Source: Escherichia coli (GTDB lineage Bacteria > Pseudomonadota > Gammaproteobacteria > Enterobacterales > Enterobacteriaceae). Taken from it: DNA of 64,000 nt. The DNA is taken from NCBI RefSeq assembly GCF_030384885.1, contig NZ_CP128613.1; one strand, given 5' to 3'. The notes beneath the pieces are model-generated. The model ran no database searches, was not told the origin of the DNA, and saw only the letters and a program-made list of their open reading frames with translations. Each line of letters begins with the position of its first letter. Positions within the stretch are counted from its first letter, which is position 1. A program made the position numbers and the translations under genes. Positions 23,374 to 32,400 of this stretch are shown here, piece by piece.

Positions 23374-25626
23374 TTACAAATAGAAATAGTTCGGCGGTTC
23401 TCCTGTTTTCCCTAAAAGAAGAGCGCTGCGCCCAGGAATATTGATATTTAGAGCTCCGCCTCTAAGCGTAAATACTTTACCTGGGGGAATACTTTTGCGT
23501 GTATTATTATTATTAATGGTAACGCTATTACTCCCCATGTTTTTATATATTCCTGGTTGCAATTTGTTAGGCCAGGTACCTTCAACTTCTTCGTTTCCTT
23601 TATTTATTATAACTAGTCCATCATGAGGAGAGTGATTAATGTTCACAGAATCCCCACGACTAAAGGCCAGAACATTTTTAGTTGCAAATACACCCTCAAA
23701 TGCGCTCCATATTCCTTCTTTATCTATATATAATGCGTGGAATTCATTGTAGAGCTGCTGATAGGTAGAGCAACCTTTATTAAGCCACGCCTCACCGCCG
23801 ACACGAGTGGACCCATCATCATTTTTAATCTCAGTCGTTGATTTTAATACCTGACCATCCCAGTAAACTAAAGGCCTGCTGAACGGGAGAGCGGCCATAT
23901 ATGCCATTGCTAATTGTTCATCTTGCTGATGGTTAAATAAAAAGTCATTGAAAAGATTACCATTGTTAGGGAAATCGTGGTTGATGTTAATCAATATCCG
24001 TCTTTCTGATGGGATGCTTGAGATTGCGGAACCCGGTTTTGATGCAAGGGTTTGGAGATCTCCACCGAATGAAAAGGCTTTTATCGTCTTCATGAGCAAT
24101 GAAAAATCAATGGCGCTTAAATCATCTCTTTCATAAAGCAGCGATGACATTTGTTGTTCATCTAACGGACAAGTTACCAGGTATTCCATGTAATTCATAA
24201 CAGCTTTTTTTTGATATTTTGGATTAAATAAATTTGTATTGTGCAACCGCTCATTATAATTTTTAAGCGGTGGGGTTATCGACCTCTCTATTTGTTCATG
24301 TTTTGAGTGTTTTGCTGCATCATAACGTAAACCTCGTACGCCATATTTTCGCATTTCACGAACGTATTGATTTTGCAACATAATAACCTGGTCACTTTTG
24401 GGTGTTGTTTTAGGCATTCCATTTAAACGCTTTTCTTTTAATGCATGGAGGTTTTCCCATTCATCCTTAGAAATATTATCTTTACTTGCTTCGAAGTCTT
24501 TTGCAGTGAGATGTATATCTTCTGGATGGATTTGGTCACGTTCTTTTGTTACTGGATCTATAATAAAGGGAATCAAGACCTGACCTTGCCAATAGCCAGG
24601 GATACCACTTTCTATATCTTTACTAATCTTCGCTCGTATATCGGCAGAGGGATAATCCAGATCATTTTTACCACTTCCTCCGATCCCCATAAAGTTAAAT
24701 GTATAATCAGGAATGATATCGATGCCAAATTTTTTGGCATCTTTAACCAATGCGATAAAATCCTGCAAATCTCCCATTGGATTATGGATGGTACAAAGAT
24801 CTTCGGGTTGATAAGCGTGATACCAGTAACCTTTTTCTTCTTCAGGTGTTTCTGGTCCGTCGGCGCGGAAAGTTGTTACGGGAGGGATTTGTATATAACC
24901 ATAATGGCAACGTGCAAACTCGGCCATATTTTTCCTGATTTGCTGGTAGGTGGCATTAAAAGCATGAAGAATCGCCTCGCCAGGTTTTTTGGGTGTGATG
25001 ATTTCACATTGTGATTTCTGATCAGCAGTAAGAGATTTACGCTCAAGTGTTTGCCGTAGATGTTCTGGATTGATTAATATTTTAAATGTTTCTTGCTGGC
25101 CGGAAGGTGACGTTACGTTAATATTATATACATCAGCTGCCAGTTCATAGTCAGGAATGTTAATAGCATATGCAACATACTTATCTTTTGGAGACGGTTT
25201 GTCAGATATAATGTGAGTGAAATGTTCAGCTGGACCATACTGATGAACACCGCTGTTATCACCTCTTTCAATCATTGTATCTCGTTGATAAACCCATGTT
25301 TTTCCTTCTCCTATCCTGTCTGGCGCTGTAATGCTACGCTGTGCTGCTTTATTCAACTCTCGGTAAGTTGTATCTGGAAAAAGGGAAATTTTATAATCGT
25401 TTTTTAACAGATCATTAATGACTTTTTCTGCGTGAAAAGTTGATATAATTTCTCTGTCTTTTAAATCCTGAGGATAAACTCCACAAGAATTAATAATATT
25501 TGTTATACAGTTTAGATATTCTAATGTATTTAATTTGGAATTTAGAACCCCGTCAGTAATGTTCCATGATAACAATGTGGGGTTGTCGATAGGTAAATTT
25601 CTTGGTCCTGGTTTTATAGAAAACAT
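23374..25626 (-). CDS. ygaQ: AT-rich 750-aa glycoside-hydrolase family 13 (alpha-amylase)-like protein, intact version of K-12 ygaQ pseudogene
   Basis: GH13 region-II-like motif GVRGLRYDAAKH; ~32% GC; position between csiD and ileY where K-12 carries fragmented ygaQ. Confidence 0.65.
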   Translation of the reverse strand: MFSIKPGPRNLPIDNPTLLSWNITDGVLNSKLNTLEYLNCITNIINSCGVYPQDLKDREIISTFHAEKVINDLLKNDYKISLFPDTTYRELNKAAQRSITAPDRIGEGKTWVYQRDTMIERGDNSGVHQYGPAEHFTHIISDKPSPKDKYVAYAINIPDYELAADVYNINVTSPSGQQETFKILINPEHLRQTLERKSLTADQKSQCEIITPKKPGEAILHAFNATYQQIRKNMAEFARCHYGYIQIPPVTTFRADGPETPEEEKGYWYHAYQPEDLCTIHNPMGDLQDFIALVKDAKKFGIDIIPDYTFNFMGIGGSGKNDLDYPSADIRAKISKDIESGIPGYWQGQVLIPFIIDPVTKERDQIHPEDIHLTAKDFEASKDNISKDEWENLHALKEKRLNGMPKTTPKSDQVIMLQNQYVREMRKYGVRGLRYDAAKHSKHEQIERSITPPLKNYNERLHNTNLFNPKYQKKAVMNYMEYLVTCPLDEQQMSSLLYERDDLSAIDFSLLMKTIKAFSFGGDLQTLASKPGSAISSIPSERRILININHDFPNNGNLFNDFLFNHQQDEQLAMAYMAALPFSRPLVYWDGQVLKSTTEIKNDDGSTRVGGEAWLNKGCSTYQQLYNEFHALYIDKEGIWSAFEGVFATKNVLAFSRGDSVNINHSPHDGLVIINKGNEEVEGTWPNKLQPGIYKNMGSNSVTINNNNTRKSIPPGKVFTLRGGALNINIPGRSALLLGKTGEPPNYFYL

Positions 25627-26187
25627 AATAAAGTTCCTCTAATGGTAGAGTAATATGGTGTATACGGAAACATAAAAATGTTTAATTGTTGTGAAAGTAA
25701 TTGCAAACAGATGTCCTACTTTTATCCAATATTTATATGGAAAAGGATAATGCTTAAATCTGTTTTTTTTAATTATCGATGTGGTCTGGAGAGGCAACTG
25801 TCAAAAATCGCTCATACGAAACTAATGATTAGCAGAATAAGATCTATGAAAGAATATATTGCTATATGAAGTTTATTTTTATGGGGTGAAAAGTAACAGA
25901 TATCATAATGATGCGAAAACTCTTCAGTTAATGTAATAAACTTATATTATTAGATACAAAATCATTACAAAGTATCATTGAATCGATGATAACTATAGAT
26001 TGTGCTAATTATTAACATTTGCTTGTTGACTGCGAGTATCGACTTTGCGAATGGAGGTGGTGTCGGGTTTTATGTCGCAGGTATTGACGACCCAGGATGG
26101 ATGAGAACGCATAAAAAATCTGTTATTTACATCATAAGATCATCATGTTTATTGCGTGATTTATAAGTATTGTTATTGCATACTCAA

Positions 26188-26263
26188 GGCCCTTTAGCTC
26201 AGTGGTTAGAGCAGACGACTCATAATCGCCTGGTCGCTGGTTCAAGTCCAGCAAGGGCCACCA
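26188..26263 (+). tRNA. ileY: tRNA-Ile (anticodon CAU, lysidine-type; ileX/ileY family)
   Basis: ggccctttagctcagtggttagagcagacgactCATaatcgcctggtcgctggttcaagtccagcaagggccacca folds as cloverleaf with CAU anticodon; near-identical to E. coli ileY. Confidence 0.9.
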
Positions 26264-27019
26264 AATCATTATTCACGTATCAGGAAGAGTTAAGGTTACA
26301 AGGGGGACTCGATGGCGGTCAATATTTCACGACTAACGCCATTTTAAAGAAGCAATGCGGTAGGTGGTTTCGAATGAGGGCTGGTGTTTTGGTACGTGGC
26401 ACGCCACTGCAATGTATTTATCCATCAGTACTCATTCAAAAGTACCTGGAAAAAATGCCCGCTATGCCAAGCGGGCAAATTGCTTACATGTGGAATTAAG
26501 TAATTAACGATAAAGCCAGAGTATTATCATTTATCATGCATCTTCATTTAATCAGGTTAATTACTCAAATCACTGAACTATTCTCTGTTCGCTCACTGAT
26601 GATAAGTGAAGTGTCACAACCACGATTTGTATGTGGACCAATGCCGTAGAGTAAGGATGAAATGTCTCTGCCACGCCTTAAACATCTACTACTGACTAGA
26701 ACCGCCGTCGAATGCAGAAGAGTCTTGTGAGCGTTACAGGAGTCTGGCTTTGGTCATTAATCAACGCTATTTAGATATAAATTTCTAACACTCAAAAAAC
26801 GATTCTCACGAATAAATTATAACGGGTGGTTTTTATCATACAGTGAAATAACCTTTTGCTTATTAAATTTAACATTCTTGTGCTAAATTAATTAAAAGTA
26901 CCATGTATAGCATATGAAGCTGTTAATGCCAGCAATTGTCTCAAATGAGCGATTTTTTATAGTGACAAACAATAATAACATTAAAAATAGCCATGTAGAC
27001 ATTAACTGAGGAATAGACA

Positions 27020-28456
27020 ATGTTAGTTAGTAAAAGCAACGAAATTAACACTAGCACATTTATAAATAGTGGAAATTGTAATGAAAGAAAATCTTCTAAA
27101 TCCATGGAGTTACTAGCTTATAGTATTATAAAATTAATTTGTAAAGAAGCTGCCTCAGGGACGTATAACGGTGCTCTTGAAATTTTACAAAAAATGATGT
27201 CTGAATGTAAATATCATGAAGGCAATGCTTTTGTCATTATGGGAGCCGGAGAACAATTAAAACGTATTAAATATGATGCTAATGAAAATAAATTAAAAGT
27301 ATACAACGTACACTTTGATAATAATCAAGAGTTAGTTGCTGATGGTGAGCCTGACGTCGTATGTTTAAAAAAAACGGTGTGGGAAGACCTTCTCGTTAAA
27401 CTAAAGCTGGAGAACAAAGAAAATGCGGTTTCTGAAATTAACCTGTCATCTAATAAAAATAATGTTGATCAGTTTATTGAATGCGCTAAGAGAAATGAAC
27501 AGACCCTATTCGACAATATAAGAAAAAGTGATTTTCATGTTGCTTCACTTCAGCCAGGTAGAACGCGTAGTGTTATTTCAGAAACGCCGCCAAATGACTG
27601 TATGGAATCACATAATTTATATGAAAACCACACAGATAAGGTTGCAACTGTAACTAAAAATTCTCAGCAAGTTAAAGGTCACTATGGAGATAAGTTGAAA
27701 GAAATGCAGTTGTTCCTCAACCAGATGAGCAATGCACTTCAACAGGATTCATCTTTGTTAGAGTCAAAGGAACACACCATAGATATTCAAGAAAAAACGA
27801 ATAAGTTTGTGCAGCATTTTCAGCGGGTATTATTTGATAAAAATGGAAGGTCATCAGAGTTTCTACTTAATTTTTATGAGTGTTGCTATAAGTTTTTACC
27901 AAGAGCGCAGCCTCAAGATAAAATCGATAGCTATAATTCAGCACTGCAAGCTTTTTCCATATTTTGTTCATCTACGTTGACACATAATAATGTAGGGTTT
28001 AATTTCAAATTATTTCCAGAAGTCAAGCTGTCTGGAGGAGATCTTGAAACGGTATTCAAATACAAAAATGGCAATTTTGTCTGGGAGATAGCCAGAATTA
28101 AAATTACTCTCCCAAAAGAAGAGGGGGGGGTATATAATTTAGGTGGATTGGACTTTAAGGGGTGCTTCTTTTCTGGACAGAACTTCAGTAACTATGATAT
28201 TAAATATGTGAACTGGGGGACGTCATTGTTTGATGTTGATACTCCGTGTATTTTTAATACGCCTGCTAACAATGAGAGTTATGAAAAATCATTAAAGCCT
28301 GTGAGCGAAAACGGTTTAAATGGAGTCTTATCTGATCGTAATAAAAAAATAAAAATGATCACGGGCGTGTCACCATTCGATGGTATTTCATCTATGGATG
28401 ATGACTTTGATGATAGTTCCTCTGAGGATGAGCCCGTTGAGAATAGTCTGTTGTGA
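27020..28456 (+). CDS. AT-rich 478-aa hypothetical protein with pentapeptide-like repeats and acidic Ser/Asp C-terminus; possible secreted effector-like protein (K-12 has ypjC pseudogene here)
   Basis: ~30% GC ORF; ...NLGGLDFKGCFFSGQNFSNYDIKYVNWGTSLFDVD... repeat-like segment; ends DDDFDDSSSEDEPVENSLL. Confidence 0.55.
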   Translation: MLVSKSNEINTSTFINSGNCNERKSSKSMELLAYSIIKLICKEAASGTYNGALEILQKMMSECKYHEGNAFVIMGAGEQLKRIKYDANENKLKVYNVHFDNNQELVADGEPDVVCLKKTVWEDLLVKLKLENKENAVSEINLSSNKNNVDQFIECAKRNEQTLFDNIRKSDFHVASLQPGRTRSVISETPPNDCMESHNLYENHTDKVATVTKNSQQVKGHYGDKLKEMQLFLNQMSNALQQDSSLLESKEHTIDIQEKTNKFVQHFQRVLFDKNGRSSEFLLNFYECCYKFLPRAQPQDKIDSYNSALQAFSIFCSSTLTHNNVGFNFKLFPEVKLSGGDLETVFKYKNGNFVWEIARIKITLPKEEGGVYNLGGLDFKGCFFSGQNFSNYDIKYVNWGTSLFDVDTPCIFNTPANNESYEKSLKPVSENGLNGVLSDRNKKIKMITGVSPFDGISSMDDDFDDSSSEDEPVENSLL

Positions 28457-28591
28457 CTAGGCCCCTTGTATAAAGTTCTAAAAGCAGTTTTCAATGATAA
28501 ATAAATGGCGATTTTTACAAAGAGATAATAACGTAGATTGAAATAATATGTATTATTGATTGAGTAAACGGGATTATTCTTCACACTGCAT

Positions 28592-28677
28592 CCATTTTGC
28601 TGTCACTACCAAAGTAAAAGGGGCTATGATTTCACGTAACCCCTTGATTTATTTGATGAGTTGGCGGTGTCTGAACT
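28592..28677 (-). repeat. Diverged ancient copy of ssrA 3' end + ssrA terminator region (old att remnant)
   Basis: ccattttgctgtcactaccaaagtaaaaggggctatgatttcacgtaaccccttgatttatttgatgagttggcggtgtctgaac aligns with 48434-48520 (terminator plus first ~23 nt of ssrA 3' end). Confidence 0.55.
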
Positions 28678-28749
28678 GGTGCTGTAATTGGTTGAAATAT
28701 TTCATCTAATGTCTGGTTCAACTTTCCTTAGCTGCCTGAAAGTTTTTTT

Positions 28750-29090
28750 GATATTACCCATCAATAATAGGGTTACGGTGTACCACGCCTGACTGATGAA
28801 CTGCGTGCTCAGAGTTACCACTTCAGCGCATAACCGTGGCAGCAGGCCCGGACAGAACAAACGGCTCAGGACATTATCGGTAGGGGACGTACTGGTAGTC
28901 TGTAAACTAAACCGACTGGGGCGCAGTATGCGGCATCTTGCCGTGCTGTTGGAGGAGCTGTGAGAACGTGGTATTAACTTTCGTGCTCTGACTCTACCAA
29001 TATTTGCCCAACAATCGGTGGACGAAAGCTGTAAAAGTAAAACAATCTGCAATCTCAATATTATTGCGTGATTTTTATGTGAGCAGAAGA
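28750..29090 (+). pseudogene. pinH: Serine recombinase (Hin/Pin/resolvase family) pseudogene with in-frame stops and frameshifts (pinH-like)
   Basis: Translation fragments IGLRCTTPD (cf. IGYVRVSTxDQ) and EEL*ERGINFRALT (cf. ELRERGINFRSLTD) interrupted by stops. Confidence 0.55.
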
Positions 29091-29410
29091 TATTCATCAG
29101 AAACGATTATGTAAATCATTTTATTTTTCCGACGGCTTCAATGTCGAAAGAAAAGAATACGCCCGTATTTCCTGAATAGATTGACTTTTTTATCCAACCA
29201 CACTTCAGCTCACTGTGTTTAAAAAATGCCTCTTTCTTATGCGGAATATCATCATTTCATCATGATGTCTTTGATGAGCGGTGAACACAATACACTTGCG
29301 CTGTCTCTTCAGGATGAATCCCCTTGGTCTGGTGCCTGTGGGCTGATGTTGCAGCAGAGCTAAGGTTGCTTAAACGCTACTCAGTATTCACTTTTCAGAG
29401 GATGAAATTT

Positions 29411-32400
29411 ATGAACAGGACCAGTCCCTATTATTTTCGCCGCTCAGTACTTTCCTTATTGATATCTGCTTTGATATATGCCCCACCAGGGATGGCAGCT
29501 TTTACTTCAACCGTTATTGGCGTGGTAAACGATGAGACTGTAGATGGCGTCCAAAGAGTGGATGAACGAGGTACAACAAATAACACTCATATTATCAACC
29601 ACGGTTATCAGGATGTTTATGGCGGGGTATCTAATGGAAGTATTATTGAATCTGGTGGATATCAAGATGTAGGAGGTCATTACAATTTTGTGGGGCAGGC
29701 TAATAATACAACCATTAACGGGGGCAGACAGACAATTCATGACGGGGGTATTTCCACAGGTACGATAATCGAGAGTGGCAATCAGGACGTTTATACGGGT
29801 GGTATCAGCAATGGAACGACAATTAAGGGGGGTAATTCACACATAAGTGGGGGGACTGCGAATGGAACAATCATTGATGGTGGCAGCCAACGAGTAACAA
29901 CTCAGGGGCATGTCGACAGTACAACAATAAATAAGTCTGGCTCTCAGGACATCACGCAAGGAAGTCTGGCAACGAACACAACCATAAATGGTGGTCGACA
30001 GTATGTTGAACAGAGCACAGTAGAAACAACCACCATTAAAAATGGCGGTGAGCAAAGAGTATATGAAAACCATGCGCTGGACACGACGATTGAAGGTGGA
30101 ACTCAGTCTTTGAATAATAAGTCAACGGCAAAATATACTCAGATCTATTCTGGAGGTACTCAAATTGTTGATTACACCAGCACCTCGGATGTTATTGAAA
30201 TTTATTCCGGTGGCGTGCTTGATGTTAGTGGTGGTACGGCAACAAATGTTACCCAGCACGATGGTGCAATTTTAAAAACAAACACTAACGGTACGACGGT
30301 GAGCGGTACGAATAGTGAAGGGGCATTCTCTATTCACAATAACGTGGCAGACAATGTGTTGCTGGAAAACGGTGGTCATTTAGACGTATATGGTTCGGCA
30401 AACAAGACAATTATTAAAGATAACGGAACAATGTCAGTTTTAGCGAATGCTAAAGCTGATGCGACCCGAATAGATAATGGCGGCGTTATGGATGTTGCCG
30501 GAAACGCGACAAATACCATAATTAATGGTGGCACACAGAATATAAATAATCATGGTATTGCCACGGGAACCAATATCAACAGCGGAACACAAAATATCAA
30601 GAGCGGCGGGAAAGCTGACACGACAAATATCTCCTCCGGGAGCCGGCAGGTTGTTGAGAAAGATGGTACGGCAACTGGCAGCAATATTAGTGCCGGAGGC
30701 TCGCTGATTGTCTATACCGGTGGTATCGCACATGGGGTTAACCAGGAGACGGGTAGTGCTTTAGTTGCCAACACGGGCGCAGGGACTGATATTGAAGGAT
30801 ACAACAAGCTCTCTCACTTCACTATTACCGGAGGGGAGGCTAATTATGTTGTGCTGGAAAATACCGGCGAACTGACGGTAGTGGCTAAAACCACGGCGAA
30901 AAATACTACCGTTGATGCTGGCGGTAAGCTGATTGTCCAGAAGGAGGCTAAAACAGATAGCACCAGACTTAATAATGGTGGCGTTCTGGAGGTTCAGGAC
31001 GGTGGTGAGGCTAAGCATGTTGAGCAACAATCCGGCGGCGCATTAATTGCTTCCACGACTTCCGGAACACTTATCGAAGGAACTAACAGTTATGGTGATG
31101 CTTTCTACATCAGGAATTCAGAAGCTAAAAATGTAGTGCTGGAAAACGCTGGCTCATTAACAGTCGTTACTGGTTCCCGGGCAGTTGATACGATTATTAA
31201 TGCCAACGGCAAAATGGATGTTTATGGAAAAGATGTTGGCACTGTACTCAATAGTGCGGGCACCCAAACAATATATGCCAGTGCCACTTCTGATAAAGCA
31301 AATATCAAAGGTGGCAAGCAAACGGTATATGGTTTAGCCACTGAGGCAAATATCGAAAGTGGTGAACAAATTGTTGATGGTGGGTCAACAGATAAAACGC
31401 ACCTCAAAGGCGGCACGCAAACCGTTCAGAATTATGGTAAGGCGATCAATACCGATATCGTCTCTGGCCTACAACAAATTATGGCAAACGGGACAACGGA
31501 AGGTTCCATTATTAATGGCGGTTCACAGGTAGTTAATGAGGGCGGTCTGGCTGAAAACTCGGTACTTAATGACGGCGGCACACTCGATGTGCGGGAGAAA
31601 GGCAGCGCTACGGGGATACAGCAGAGTAGCCAGGGCGCGCTGGTGGCAACCACCAGGGCGACGCGGGTCACAGGGACACGCGCTGATGGCGTCGCGTTCA
31701 GCATCGAGCAGGATGCGGCGAACAATATCCTGCTGGCAAATGGCGGCGTGTTAACCGTGGAGTCAGACACCACTTCCGCCAAAACACAGGTCAATGCGGG
31801 CGGACGGGAGATCGTCAAAACAAAAGCCACTGCGACTGGCACGATGCTTACCGGCGGTGAACAAATCGTCGAGGGTGTGGCGAATGAGACAACGATTAAC
31901 GACGGCGGAATACAAACAGTTTCGGCTAACGGTGAGGCAGTAAAAACAACGATTAATGAAGGCGGTACGCTGACAGTCAACGATAATGGCAAAGCGACAG
32001 ATATCATCCAGAACAGCGGTGCCGCTCTCCAGACGAGCACGGCTAACGGTATTGAAATCAGCGGTACTCACCAGTACGGCACCTTTTCCATTGCCGGAAA
32101 TTTAGCGACCAATGCGTTGCTGGAAAATGGCGGTAATTTATTGGTATTAGCAGGTACCGAAGCTCGCGATTCCACGGTTGGCAACGGTGGGGCAATGCAA
32201 AACCTGGGTCAGGACTTCGCCACAAAGGTTAATTCCGGTGGGCAATATACCCTTGGTCGGTCAAAAGATGAGTTTCAGGCTCTGGCCCGGGCAGAAGATC
32301 TACAGGTCGCTGGCGGGACGGCAATCGTCTACGCAGGTACGCTGGCGGATGCATCGGTCAGTGGCGCGACAGGAAGCCTGTCGTTAATGACGCCACGGGA

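Noticed and set aside
24445-25014. 189-aa + strand ORF antisense to ygaQ
   Set aside because: Inside the 750-aa GH13-like gene on the other strand.
26170-26499. 109-aa ORF overlapping tRNA ileY
   Set aside because: Starts inside the tRNA gene. Its translation reproduces tRNA sequence, so it is not a credible CDS.
31432-32040. Several minus-strand ORFs (for example 202 aa) inside the autotransporter gene
   Set aside because: Produced by the repetitive Gly/Thr/Ala-rich coding repeats read in reverse; the + strand 1520-aa protein is coherent.
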